In this document: in pieces, positions 39,676 to 53,139 of the stretch
Layout of the letters: every line of letters begins with the position of its first letter
How positions within the stretch are numbered: position 1 is the stretch's first letter
Position numbers and translations under genes: made by a program
Assembly (NCBI RefSeq): GCF_018350175.1
Contig: NC_058368.1
Span: 56,422,001-56,486,000 of the forward strand
Direction of reading: 5' to 3'
DNA: 64,000 nt
Origin: Felis catus
Lineage: Eukaryota
The notes under the pieces: model-generated
Told to the model about the DNA's origin: nothing
Seen by the model: the letters and a program-made list of their open reading frames with translations, nothing else
The model's database searches: none

Positions 39676-39886
39676 AGGGGGGCGTCTGGGTGGCTAAGTC
39701 AGTTGAGCCTCCAGCTCTTGATTTTGGCTCAGATAATGATCTCACAGTCATGGGATCGAGCCCCACATTGGGTTCCATGCTGGGTGTGGAGCCTGCTTAT
39801 TATTCCCTCTCTCCCTCACTCTCCCTCTACCCCTGCCCCGCTCACATGTATGCTTTTGCTCTCTCAAAAATAAATAAATAAAAATT
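39676..39886 (+). mobile_element. Can-SINE (older subfamily)
   Basis: GGGGCGTCTGGGTGGCTAAGTCAG head; TSD aaaattcaatt. Confidence 0.93.
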
Positions 39887-40599
39887 TAAAAATTCAATTT
39901 AGAAATCATAAGCCTTGTGTGTAAGAGCCCTAGGACTAAATGGACTCTGCTATACTGTAGTCCCTCCATCACTCCGTACTGACTTCTCATAGGGATATTT
40001 AAAATGATATAGTCAAGTATACCAATGATGGAGGAAGTTCTAAGAGAATCAACATATAGCAAAAAAGAGCCACAATGAGAAGCACTGTTGATTGAATCAG
40101 AGAACCCCATTAGAGCTGCCTTGACAATCAGCCATAGGCGTGCTTGATTCACCTTTCTGCTTTCACACATACGATCACAGGACTTTGCTTATCCAGGTGT
40201 TCAATAAAATGCTCCCTGAATTGATTTGCTCTGTTTGAAATTCCAATTAAGTTGTCAACACTGCTTATACTTCTTTACCCCAGAACCTCTAGAGGTTCTT
40301 CAGAATGAAATATCAATGAGGTTGATAGTGGTGGGATGGAGGTTATTTACCTCGCTTTAAGTTGTTTGTCCTAATATCGGTTCATCTGTTTCTCATGAAA
40401 TCTAACAAAAGAGCTTTGTATTCCCTGTTACTTGTATTCAACATTAGTGCTCTCAGCAAAGTAGATTAATGAAAACAATTTTTAAATAACAGTAATTTTG
40501 ATGGATGGGCATTGGAAGAACTCTATATATATTTCCATTCTGTAAAATTTTTATTTCATTTCTAATACCACTTGTATCCCCCACTAATCTGCTATTAAT

Positions 40600-41130
40600 T
40601 GATTGATTGACTTATTTATTCTACAAACTATTGAATTTTATTCATTGTCAGGTAGTTAGCTAGGTTGCTGGGGATTAAATGATTAACAGGAGAGACTTAA
40701 TCCTGGCTTTAAGAAGTTGGGAGTCTTTTAGAACAGCAAACAAGGATTTATTTTAGAAGTGGTGTCATTAGATTTTAGCTTTGACAAGGTGACTTTCCTT
40801 AATGTGGGGTTAATGAAAGACTTTCTGGGAAAGTGATTTTAAGGAGTGAAGAGGAGGAGAAATTAATCCATGAAAAGAGGAGCAGAAAGCATGCTTTGGC
40901 AGAGATGTTGTAATCCTGGGGACATGAAAAAGCCTATATTTTTGAGGAAATGAAAGTAGCTGGCTATGGAAACAGAGTGAAATAAGTTTGTGTATGAAGT
41001 CCATAAGCCAGTTCATGCAAGGTTTTATAGTCCAAGGGAAAAGCCATTGTAAAGTTTTAAATAGGAAATTGTCATTATCCAAATAACATTTTAAAAAATA
41101 AATCTGATATTTAGTGATCAATAAAATGAA
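40600..41130 (-). mobile_element. L2 remnant (probably continues at ~41990-42240)
   Basis: 'ctaggttgctgggattaaa..gacttaatcctggctttaagaag..agccattgtaaagttttaaatagg'. Confidence 0.6.
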
Positions 41131-41179
41131 AGTTTTCAAGAGAGGGCAGAGCAGGTGACAACAGGGTATTACAGAAGTG

Positions 41180-41705
41180 TTTTTTTTAAAAAAATATATA
41201 TATTTGACATCTTACAGGGTTAAAGCGTGTTGATCTGATACATTTATATATTGCAGTATGATTGCTATTATAGTGTTGGCACCTCTATCAGGTCACATAA
41301 TTATTCTGTTTTGTGATGGGAATAATTAAGATCAAGTCTCTTAGCAAGTTTATAATGTTTATAATGCAATATTGTTACCTATAATCACTCTACTGTGTGT
41401 TAGATCTGCAGGACTTACTTATCTACAAGTAGCAAGTAATATACCCTTGGCATCTCTCCTATTCTTCCACCTCCCAGCCTCTGGTAACCACTATTGTATT
41501 CTCTATTTTTATGAGTTTTTTTGTTTGTTTGATTTTAGTTTTTAGTTTAGTTCATTTCTTTTTTCACATATAAGTGATACCATGCGGTATTTGACTTTCT
41601 GTGTCTGAATTATCTCATTTAATCTAATACCCTCAAGGTCCAACTATGTTGTCACAAATGGCATAATGTCATTTCTCATGGCTGAAAAATATTGTACGTG
41701 TGTGT

Positions 41706-41744
<39 letters not shown>

Positions 41745-41985
41745 TATACACACACACACATACATATATGCATAATCTTTTTTATCCTTTCTTCCATTGA
41801 TGGGCACTTAGGTAGTTTCCACATCTTCGCTACTCTGAATAATGCTGAAAAACATGTGAGTGAAAATATCTCTTAGATAACTTGCTTTTGTTTCCTTTGG
41901 GTATATTCTTACAAGTGGAATGGCTGGATCTTATGGTAGTTCTAATTTTTTTAGAACACTCCGTATTGTTTTCCATAGTGGCTGA
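41180..41985 (-). mobile_element. L1 3' end fragment with internal (TG)n(CA)n
   Basis: 'cctctggtaaccactatt', 'cacatataagtgatacc', 'ccattgatgggcacttaggtagtttccacatc'. Confidence 0.88.
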
Positions 41986-43789
41986 GGTTTAGTGTGAGAA
42001 AATATTGGCTTACTAGTGTCATGGCCCTCTAGATGAATAATAGGTAGATTTGAAAAATATTTCAGGTGTGTAATCAAGCAATTGGTGATTGATTGGAGGA
42101 GAAGAGGGAAAGGGAGAGGGAGAGAAAGTCACTCTTAAATTTTTGGTATGAGTGCCTGTGTGGAGAGTACTCTTGCTGAGATTTGGACTGTTTCCCACAT
42201 GTATGTGTGTGCAGCAGGGGATGGGCAGGAGAAAATCAAACATGTCTCATGAAGTAGTTGAAGCCTTTGTATTTCTATTGATAACCAACTGACTTGAGAA
42301 AAGGATTTGGTAGAGCAGGCATGATAAAAGATCTAAAATTGAGCATTGTTGGAAATAAGTCAGTGCTAGTTCCAGATCATCTGAAAATTTAAAGCGGTTT
42401 TCTTTATTCTTCAATTATTAGTTTTGGTCCTAAGTAGTAAGCATGTTAAATTGCTAAAATTTCCAAGTTTCCTTTGACAAATTAATTAGCATTTAAGCCA
42501 CATGATAAATATTATGTATAAAAAGAACCAGAGAGTAGTAAGAGTCCAAGATATAAAGTATTATCTCTGGTTTCCCAGATTTGGCACCACTCTCCTGTGT
42601 ATATATGTATGTGTGTGTTGGTGTGTGATATCTGTATCTATATTTATAAAGATATTGATGAATTACCAGTGTATAGAAAATATGATAAACTCAAACCTTT
42701 TATATTTAATGTGTGGAGTTCATGTGGAAGAAAATTAAATGGGCTGATTCAGCTGCAAAGCCTTAATGTGTTCTGTGATGTGGCTTATTGCTGTGGAATT
42801 GGTTGTATGAAAAAGTAAAAGTGCTCAAGTTGTTTTTTTAAAAACCATTTCTACTTTGTATGCTCTTTTGACAAAATAAAAATGAAAAGAGAGCAATTTA
42901 AAACCCTTTAAATGATGCATCTACGGCAATATAATATGTGGCATCGTACTGTTAAGAGTAGCATCAAATCCCATATCAGGTCAGCTATTACCTTTTCATT
43001 TAATTCAAAATGACCTTATGGAATGACTCTCATACTGGGCAAAATCTCATACAGTAATCTAGCTTTTAAAATGCTGTTTATATATTTTATTTTATTTTTC
43101 TTTAGTGCAATGTAAATCGCATACCATTGAGTTGACAAATGTGATTACTAACAAAAATACTCATCAGGATGTTATCTTCACATGTTAATGAGAAAAAGAA
43201 CATATTATAATTAGTGTTTGGGAGAAATAAACTTCACATTATCATGCAATATATTTCTCATGTCCTCATCATTTACCTTATACACCATGCATTTGTAAAT
43301 ATCATGCCATTTTTGGTTTGTAAAAATGACTTAAGAAAACATTTAAAATTTCTTCAAATCTTGCAACCTTAGGGGCACTACAACGTTCAACCATGTACCT
43401 TCTCAGGGAAGAAATACAGTACAATGTCAGAGGGGAAAACTGTTCTATATAAGTATCCTTCACTATAATGATTTTCCTTTTATTTTGAGTATAATATATT
43501 TGGTTATCTTAGACAAAGTTCCAGGTCTGATTCTTTTGTGTATGTGCTTTAATATCAGTAACTATGGCAACAAGATTTTAAATGCTGTATGTAGTATAAG
43601 TAAAGGGAAAATGGAGAGGATAGAACCCTAAAAGAAGAAGCTGTCAGTCCTCTTACTGTCATTGTGAGTCACAAAAACAATTTTCAGAATTATCGTGTAG
43701 GTCACAAAAAGATTCAGTTTATTTGCTTATTTTGTAATGAGTTTGCCTAGAATTATCTACATTTTTTATTGGCCTTTGTTTCATGTTAT

Positions 43790-45838
43790 GCTTTTCTGTG
43801 ATGGCTAGAATTAGTTATATACAAATCACATTCCATTTCCTGAATGGTGCGGTGAGGAGGTCTGTGGAATCACTTCTCAGTAGAATAAACTCAACTGAAG
43901 AAACTAATATGAAAAAATTAAAATCTCTGGAAATTATTCTAAGCACATAAAGCAAATAAACAAACACTTATTCAGGAAAATCTAACTGTCATGGAGAAAA
44001 AGGAAATACCACAGGACCTGAGCTGTGGTCTGGTCTTTGCCTTCATGCTGAACCCCTGTTAAAGGCTGTAAAATCTCCCCAGAAGTAGGGAGCATTTCCC
44101 ATCCCCACCTGCTCCTTGTTGCTTCAGCCAAATCCCAGGAAAAGTGAAGAGGGCTCCTTCTTCAACTTGCCCCAATGCAAAAGCCTGCCACTGTACACCA
44201 GGGGAGGAAAAATGACAAGACTTCTTTAATTGCCCTCACTCCAGCTCATTCGTAGGATGGGTGTACCACAACAGGGGGTGTCAAGCTGAGAACAGAAGAG
44301 GCTATTAACACAGAGGACATTGGGTATGTTCAGTCCTGTGTCCACTGAGAAGCAACATCAGAGGATTTCCAAGACAGAGGAAACAGATAACACAGAAATA
44401 GTCCAGCCAATTCAGTAAACAAATGAACAGGCAAACAAGAGCAAAACTGTGAGCCCCAGAGGTGCCTTAAAGGAAGTATTAAAAGGAACTTTTCCCATCC
44501 CAGGTATGCTATTATAAGAGAAGCAGTCATGTATCCCTAACTCCGTCGCTAGAGCAGTGGCTCAAAAATTTTCCCCAGTGAAAGATTTAAGCCATTAGAA
44601 CAGAGAACACCAAAGTTCTCCCCTCCAAAAAACTGACTTTATTTTGAACAGAGTATGGGGTTTCAGCCTAGAATCTCTTAAAAACAAGAGAAATGTTAAT
44701 GGTGAGCAATTAAGGAAGGTTGATATCTTCATGAGAATATTCTTTAGATCAGTTTAATTTACCAAAAATATCAAAGTAAAGAGAGCTAAGACGATCCTTC
44801 CTGGCGTGAGGAAAAAAAACTGTCAAAGAAAGCTTCAAAAACAGTTTCTGCAAAGAAGCCCAAGTGGAGTTGGATCAAACTGTGTAATAATTTATGCTCT
44901 AAATTATTATCAAAAACAATAGAACAGTCAGCCAGCAGTTAGTGGAGCCTAACAGCAGAGTGTGATGCCAACACAGGCAGACAGCCTAACAGAGATTAGG
45001 GAATGAGACTTTCAAATAAAGCTCAGTTAAAACCATTATCAACACAGAGGACATTGGGTATGTTCAGGCGTGTGTCCACTGAGAAGCAACATCAGAAGCT
45101 TTGCAAGACAGAGGAAACAGATGCAACAAAAATAGTCCAGCCAATTCACCAAACAAATGAACAAGCAAACAATAGCAAACTTAGTGAGCTCCAGAGGTCC
45201 CTTAAAGTGCATATTAAAAGAAACTTTTCAGGCTGAAGAAATAAACACAGAGGGAAATTCAAATCCATACCAAACAGTGAACACCAGCAAAAGTAATTAT
45301 GTAATTTAAAATAAAATGTAATATGCATAATGTTTCTTTTTCCCTCTTCTACCTTATTTAAAAAGCAATTATGTGCAGCATTGTGTATATGATTATATTT
45401 TGGGATGTACAATATGTAGAAATATATTTGTCAACAGTAGCACGAAGGACATAGGTGGGTGCAAAACTGTATTGGAATGAGGAAGTGATACCAGATGGTA
45501 ACTCAAATCCACAGAAACAAAGGAAAAGAATAAAAAGTGATACATAAGCAGGTTAATATAATAAACTATAAATAAGACCCAGTTCTCAATTTTTATGTAT
45601 GTTTTTGTAAACAACCTACAATTATATAAAATAATAGCTGTTACGGTATATGGCACACATATACAACTATCTGAATAGAAATTACACTTTGAATGAATAA
45701 AACAATCTAATTAAAGGCAGATATTCAGACTGAATACATCCAACTACAAGATCCAACTACAGGCTCTCCACAGGACATGCACTTTAAATTCAAATGTACA
45801 ATTAGGTTTAAAGTGACAATATATAAATACATATCATG
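43790..45838 (+). mobile_element. Old L1 5'/inter-ORF region leading into the ORF2 start (continues at 52273-52330)
   Basis: 'aacaatctaattaaaggcagatattcagactgaat..cacaggacatgcactttaaattcaaa..aggtttaaagtg..atatcatg' then 'caaac..aagaaagccggagtggctatactaatatcagataa' after the nested inserts. Confidence 0.6.
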
Positions 45839-46276
45839 TGTGAAAATAAAGGGAAACCTCATTTAGAATGGAGTTAAGAGGCCAGCAAGAAAGTTCTCAC
45901 ATTCTACTACTCATTGTCAATTGCAGATCCAACAGGAAGAAATGCACCTTGCAAGTCCATACTACTTAGCTACTTTACCATCTCACCAGTAGGAAGAAAG
46001 GTTTCCTCCACCCCAGCAATGCCCAGCCAATGAGAGAATGTCATAATTCAGCCAATGAAAAGCCACTATACTTTAAACTCCCAATTTACGCCAACAAACT
46101 TTTTGTTTATAACTCCCTTTCCAATGTCTCCTTTTTCTCTATAAGAGTGTTTGTCTTCTTTGTTTTCCAGACCTGCCTATAGTTTTGTTGTAGCTTACTT
46201 GTCCAAAATTGCAAATCTCTGCTATTCCCAAATAAGCCCATTTTTTTCTGGTAAAATAACTGGCAGTTTATATTTT
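45839..46276 (+). mobile_element. ERV1-type solo LTR; its last ~27 bp are displaced to 52246-52272 by an L1
   Basis: TG start, two CCAAT boxes (gccaatga), TATA-like 'ctataag', degenerate polyA signal, end 'aggttaaca'; TSD catg/tatg. Confidence 0.7.
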
Positions 46277-47653
46277 TCTTCCAATATTTTATCTAAAGTT
46301 AGGTAACATAGTAGTGTAGTATTGGTTTCAGGAGCAGAATTTAGTGTTTCATCAATTATATACGATACTCAGTGCTCAACACAAGTGCCTTCTTTAATAC
46401 CCATCACCCATTTAGCCCATCCCCTGCCCAGCTCCCCACCAACAACCTTAGTTTATTTTCTCTAGCTAAAAGTCACTTATGGTTTGCCTCCCTGTTTTTA
46501 TCTTATTTTATTTTTACCTCCCTTTGCTTCCCTATGTTCATATATTTTGTTTCTTAAATTCCACCTATGAGTGAAATCATATGGTTTTTGTCTTTCTCTG
46601 ACTTATTTCACTTAGCATAATACACTCTAGTTCCATTCACATCATTGCAAATGGCAAGATTTCATTCTTTTTGATTGCCAAGCAGTATAATATATACCAA
46701 TTCTACTCTACCCATTCATCAGTCAATGGAAATTTGTGCTCTTTCCATATCTTTGGCTATTGTGGACAGTGCTGCTATAAATATCGGGTTTCATGTACCC
46801 CTTCTAATCAGTATTTTTGTATCCTTTGGGTGAATAGCTAGTAGTGCAATTTCTGGGTCATAGGGTAGCTTTATATTTAACTTTCTGAGTGATTTCCACA
46901 CTATTTTCCAGAGTGGCTGCATCAGTTTGCGTTACCACTGACAGTGTAAGAGGGTTCTCCTTTCTTCGCATCCTTGCCAACATTTGTGGTTTCCTGAGAT
47001 GTCAGGTGGTACTCATTGTGGTTTTGATTTGTATTTTCCTGAAGATGAATGATGTTGAGCATTTATTCATGTGTCGGTTGGCCATCTGGATGTCTTCTTT
47101 GGAGAAGTGTCTATTCATGTCTTCTGCCCATTTCTTCACTGGATTATATATTTTTGGGGTGTTGAGTTTGTAAGTTCTTTATAGATTTTGGATACTAGCC
47201 CTTTATCCTATATGTCATTTGCAAATATCCTCTCCCATCCTGTTGATTGTCTTTTAGTTTTGTTTCCTTCACTGTGCAGAATCTTTTTATCTTGATGAAG
47301 TCCCAGTCGTTCATGTTTGCTTTTGTTTCCTTTGCCTCCAGAGACGTGTCTTGTAAAAAGTTGCTACATCTGAGGTCAAAGAGGTTGCTGTCTGTATTTT
47401 TCTCTAGGATTTTGATGGTTTCCTGTCTCACATTTAGGTCTTTCATCCATTTTGAATTTATTTTTGTGGTGTAAGAAAGTGGTCCAGTTTCATTCTTGTA
47501 TGCATGCTGTCCAGTTTTCCCAACACCATTTGTTGAAGAGACTGTCTTTTTTTCCATTGGATATTCTCTCCTTCTTTGTCAAAGATTAGTTGGCCATATG
47601 TTTGTGGGTCCATTTCTGGGTTCTCTATTCTGTTCCATTGATCTGAGTACCTG

Positions 47654-47752
47654 GTGTTTTTTTTTGTTTTTGTTTTTGTTTTTGTTTTTTTTGTTTTTGT
47701 TTTGTTTTGTTTTGTTTTGTTTTGTTTTTGTTTTTTTGTTTTTTTGTTTTTT
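47654..47752. repeat. (TTTTTG)/(TTTTG)n simple repeat inside L1
   Basis: Direct read. Confidence 0.9.
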
Positions 47753-48707
47753 GCCAGTACCACACTGTCTTAATGATTATAGCTTTGTAATACAGCTTGA
47801 AGTGTGGAATTGTGATGCGTCCTGCTTTGTTTTTCTTTTCCAACATTACTTTAGCTATTCAGGGTCTTTTCTGGTTCTATCGCTGTGAAAAATGATGGAG
47901 GTATTTTGATAGGAATTGCATTGAATGTGTAGGTTGCTTTGGGTAGTATAGAATGTTTAACAGTATTTGTTCTTCCAATCTATGAGTATAGAATGTTTTT
48001 TTTCCCATTTCTTTGTGTATTATTCAATTTATTTTATAAGTTTTCTATAATTTGCAGAGTATAGATCTATTACCACTTTGGCTAGGTTTTTTCCCTAGTG
48101 TCTTAGGTTTTTGATGCAATTATAAATGGGACCGGTTTCTTAATTTTTCTTCCTGCTGCTTCATTATTGGTGTATAGAAATGCAACATATTTCTGTACAT
48201 TGATTTTATATCCCGCAACTTTGCTGAACTCAGGTATTAGTTCTAGCAATTTTTTGGTGGAGTCTTTTGGGTTTTCCACATAGACTATCATGTTGCCTGC
48301 AAAGAGTGAAAGTTTTACTTCTTCCTTGACAATTGGATGCCTTTTATTTATTTTTGTTGTCTACTCAGGCTAGGACTTCTAGTACTAAGTTGAACAACAG
48401 TGGTGAAAGTGGACACTCCTGTTGTGTTCTTTACCTTTTCTCCCTAGCTTTCTCCATTGAGGATGATAATAGCTGTGGTTCTTTCCTATATAGTCTTTAT
48501 GATGTTGAGTATGTTCCTTCTATCTCTACTTTCTTGAGGGTTTTTATCAAGAATGGATTCTGTATTTTGTCAGATGTTTTTTCTGAATATATTGAGAGGG
48601 TCATATTGTTCTTTTATTAATGTGGTGTATCATGTTTATTGATTTGTGGATCTTAAACCACCCTGCAGCCAAGGAATAAATCCCACTTGATAATGGTGAA
48701 TAATTCT

Positions 48708-48921
48708 TCGAAAAATTTTATGTTTTTTTTTGTTTTGTTTTTGTTTTTGTTTTTGAGAGCTAGAGCATGAGTGGGGTAGGAGAAGAGAGAGAGGGAGACA
48801 GAGAATTCCAAGCAGGCTCTGCATGGACAGCAGAGAGCCCAGTGTGGGGCTTGAACTCACAAACTGGAAGATCATGACCTGAGCTGAAGTCAGATGCTTA
48901 AGTGAGCCACCCACATGCCCC
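48708..48921 (-). mobile_element. Can-SINE nested in L1
   Basis: TSD gtgaataattctt. Confidence 0.95.
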
Positions 48922-50339
48922 AGTGAATAATTCTTTTAATGTACTGTTGGATTTGATTTGCTAGTATTTTGTTGAGAATTTTTGAATCTGTGTTCATCAC
49001 GAATAGTTTTAGTGGAGTCTGGTTTTGGAATCAAGGTAATGCTGGGCTCATAGGATGAGTTTGGAAATCTTCCTTCCATTTTTTTTTAACTGTTTCGAAA
49101 TAACAGGTATTAATTCTTCTTTATATGTTTACCTGATTTACCCTGAGAACCCATTCAGCCCTGGGCTCTTGTTTGTTGGGAGATTTTTTTTTTTATTGCT
49201 AATCCACTTTCTTTACTGGTTATGGGCCTGTTCAAATTTTCTGTTTCTTCCTGTTTCAGTTTTGGTAGTTTATATGTTTCTAGGAATTTATCCATTTCTT
49301 CCTGATTGCCAAATTTGTTGGCATATAATTGCTCACAGTATTCTCTTAAAATTGTTTGTATTTCTTTGGTGTTGGTTGAGATGTCTCCTTTTTGATTTGT
49401 GATTTTATTCATTTGGGTACTTTCCTTTCCTTTTTCTCTGAGGTAAGTTTGGCTAGGGGGTTATCCATTTTGTTAATTCTTTCAAAGAACTTGCTCCATT
49501 TCATTGAACTCCTAGTTTTTTTAAATTTCAATATCATTGAATTCTGCTCTCATCTTTATTATTTCCCTCCTTCTTCTGGTTTTGGATTGCAATTGTTCTT
49601 TTTCCAGCTCCTCTTGGTGTAAGTTTAGGTTGTATATTTGAGACTTTTCTTCCTTCTTGAAGAAGTCCTGTATTGCTCTATACTTCCTTCTTATGACCAC
49701 CTTTGCTGTATCCTAAAGGTTTTGAACTGTCATGTTTTCATTTTCATTGGCTTCCATGTACTTTTTTTTTATTTCTTCTTTAATTTCCTGGTTAACCCAT
49801 TAATTATTTAGTAGGATGTTCTTCAAACTCCAAGTATTTGTGATCTTTTCATATTTTTTCTTGTGGTTGATTTCAAGTTTCATAGTGTTGTGTTCTGAAA
49901 ATATTCATGATATGATCTCAGTCTTTTTGTATTGATTGAGGACTGATTTGTGACCCAGTATGTGATCTATTCTCTAGAATGTTCCATGTACACTTGAAAA
50001 TAATGTGTATTCTGCTGCTTTAGGGTAAAGTGTGGTGAATATATCTGTTAAGTCCATCTGGTTCAGTGTATCATTCAAAGCCATCATTTTCTTGTTGACC
50101 TTCTGCTTAGGTGATCTGTCTGTTGTTGTAAGTGGGCTGTTAAAATCCCCTGCTATTATTGTATTATGATCAATGAGTTTCTTTAGGTTTGCTGTTAAAT
50201 GATTTATATACTTGGCTGTTCTCAAGTTGGAGGCATAATTATTTACAATTATTAGGTTTTCTTGTTGGATAGACCCCTTTATTATGATATAATGCCCTTC
50301 TTCATCTCTCATCTCTTTGGTTTAAATCTAGTTTTTCTT

Positions 50340-50603
50340 GGGGCGCCTGAGTGGCTCAGTCGGTTAAGCATTCGGCTTTGGCTCAGGTCATGATCTCATG
50401 GTTCATGAGTTCAAGCCCTGCATTGGGTGAGCTTGAGCCCCACTTTGGGTGAGCTCAAGCCCTTCTTCAGGTAAACCCTGCTTCTCTCTCTTACCTTCTC
50501 TCTCTCATTCTCTCTCTGCACCCCCCCCACCATGGGATTCTCTCTCTGTCTCTGCCCATTGCTCACTTGTGCCCTCTCTCTCTCCCTCAAAAAAAAAAAA
50601 AAA
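50340..50603 (+). mobile_element. Can-SINE variant with triplicated internal module, nested in L1
   Basis: SINE head, three ~22-bp tgag.t..agccc.. modules, CT tract, A tail. Confidence 0.9.
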
Positions 50604-52694
50604 ATCCGGTTTGTCTGATATAAGAATGGCTACTTCCACTTTCTTTTGACATCCATTAGCATGATAAATGGTTTTCCTCCCCCTCCATTTCAATCTGGAG
50701 GTGTCTTTGGGTCTCAAATGAATCTCTTATAAGTAGCATGTCAATGAATTTTGGTGTTTGTTTGTTGGTTTGTTTGTATCCATTCCTATACCTTGTGTCT
50801 TTTGATGGCAGAATTTAGTCCATTTACATTCAGAATAATTATTGAAGGATATGAATTTAGTGCCATTGTATTACCTATAAAGTCAGTGTTCCTAAAGATT
50901 GTCTCTGTTCCTTTCTAGTCTTTGTTACTTTTGGTCTCTCTTTCCCATTCAAAGGCTCCCCTTTAATAATTCTTGCAGAAGAATTGTTCATGAACTTCTT
51001 TAGTTTTTGCTTGTCTTGAAAACTCTTTATCTTTCCTTCTATTCTGAATGACAGCCTTGCTGGATAAAGTATTTTTGGTTGCATATTTTTTCCATTTAGC
51101 ATGTTGAATATATCATGCCACTTCGGGCCTGCCAATTTTTTGTGGACAGGTCTGCTACTAACCTTATGTGTCTACCCTTGTAGGTTAAGGACATTTTGTC
51201 CCTAGCTGCTTTCAGAAGTCTCTCTTTATGTTTGTATTTTGCAAGTTTTATTATGATATATCTTGGTTTTGACTTGTTTTTGTTGATTTTTAGGAGAGTC
51301 TCTGTGCCTTCTGGACTGGAATGAATGCCTGTTTCCTTCCCTAGATTAGGGAAGTTCTCAGCTATAATTTGTTCAAATAAACCTTCTATCCCTTTTTCCC
51401 ATTCTTCTTCTGAGACGCCCATGGTATGGATATTATTGAACTTTATAGAATTGCTGAGGTCCTAAGTCTATATTCACGATCTAATAGTTTTCTTTCCCTA
51501 TCATTTTCAGCTTCATTATTTTCCATAATTTTATTTTTTTATGCCACCTATTCAGTCCTCTGATTCTTCCATCCTCATTGTGATTATAACCCTGTAGGTT
51601 TTGTGTCTCAGTTATAATATTTTTTATTTTGGTCTGACTAGTTTTTAGGTCTCATATCTCTACAGCAATGCTTTCTCTGATGTTTTCTATACTTTTTTCA
51701 GGTCCAGATAGTATTCTTATGACTGTTGTTCTAAATTCTTGTTCAGATATATTACTTATATCTGTTTTGAACAAATCTTTGAGTGTAGTTTCTTCTTGAT
51801 CTTTCTTTGGGGGAGAATTTCTCCATCTTGTTATCTTGTCTAGGTTTCTGTCTTTTGTGTGTTATGAAAGCTTGTTATGTTTTCTGCTCCTGAGAGTAAT
51901 GCTATATTAAGAAGGGGTTGTACACTCTCCACAGCCTGGTGCTTCAGGAAGTATATCTGGTGTATGCTGTATGCACTCTGCTGTTGTGATTTGGCTGCTC
52001 TTTCCCCTAGGTCAGTCCTCTGCAGAGTTTCTCTCTGCTTGCTGTGGGGAGTGCTTGGACCTTTAACTAGGTGTTCTTTGATTTGTTTGTTAAAAATAAG
52101 CCTGACAGTTATTTTCCTCAAATTATACAGGTTGTTCTCTTAATCCTCAGACTGATTTCCTAGGTGTTCAGAATGATTTGATGTTGATCTAGCTGTGTTT
52201 GAGGGATGAAACGAGGCCAGGGTCCTCCCTGCCATCTTAACTCCCTGGAAATTTTATTTTTTAAGGTTAACATATGCAAACAGAAACCATAAGAAAGCCG
52301 GAGTGGCTATACTAATATCAGATAATATTGACAATCTCTTTACAAAGCGTTTGCTTTTAAAAATTAAGTATGAGACAATATATTGCATTGGAACAAATAT
52401 TATAGCAAAAGTCTCTGTGGAACAATTTAAAATTTAACCCTTAAACTACAGAGGCATTAAGTATTTTTAATTCACCATAGATCATAATTTAGTCTCCTTC
52501 TTTCTTCTTTCTCCCTTCTGCCTTAAACTTTCATGCTTACACTATACATGTATTTTTCATATATCTGAAAGTCAAAATTCCAAATATCAGTTTTATAGAA
52601 TATACGTATTTTATTATAGTACATAAAGACTTTTTAACATCTTCATGTCTTCATGAATTCTATACATTTGGATACCAAATATATATTTAAATAC

Positions 52695-53030
52695 ATCTCA
52701 AATAAGTGAAATAAGTTAGTGAGAAAAAGAAATATACCATATAATTTCACTCATGTATGGAATTTAAGAAACAAAACAAATGAGCAAAGGAAAAAAAAAA
52801 AGAGAGAGAGGGAGAGACCAACCAAGAAACAGACTCTTAACTATAGAGAACAAACTAAGGGTTGCCCAATTGGATGGAGGTGGGCAGGATATAGGTAAAG
52901 TAGGTGATGGGTATTAAGGGCTGTACTCATGATGAGCACTGGGTGTTGCATGAAATTGTTGAATCACTGTATTATACATCTGCAACTAATATAGCACTGT
53001 ATGTTAACTAACTGAAATTAAAATAAAAAC
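52695..53030 (+). mobile_element. L1 3' end (carnivore type)
   Basis: 'aagtgaaataagt..taccatataatttcactc..cactgtatgttaactaactgaaattaaaataaaaac'. Confidence 0.9.
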
Positions 53031-53139
53031 CTAGTACTATCTAGCATTTTACACAGATGAATAGAAGATCAATTAATTAATTTGAAAAAATGGTATGCAT
53101 ATATGTTAATTTGAAAAAAAAATACTCCTAATAGTATGT

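Larger units (their letters stand above)
46277..52245 (-). mobile_element. Near-full-length carnivore L1 (5'UTR, ORF1, ORF2, 3'UTR), decayed
   Basis: 5' end gggagttAAGATGGC (YY1-like). ORF1 motifs LFEQIIAENFPNLGKE and QPKILYPARLSF. ORF2 motifs [60 protein letters not shown]. Degenerate TSD tgg(c/a)a.ttt..tttt. Many stops and frameshifts. Confidence 0.95.

Noticed and set aside
46277..52245. Active L1
   Set aside because: ORF1 and ORF2 are broken by stops, frameshifts and two SINE insertions
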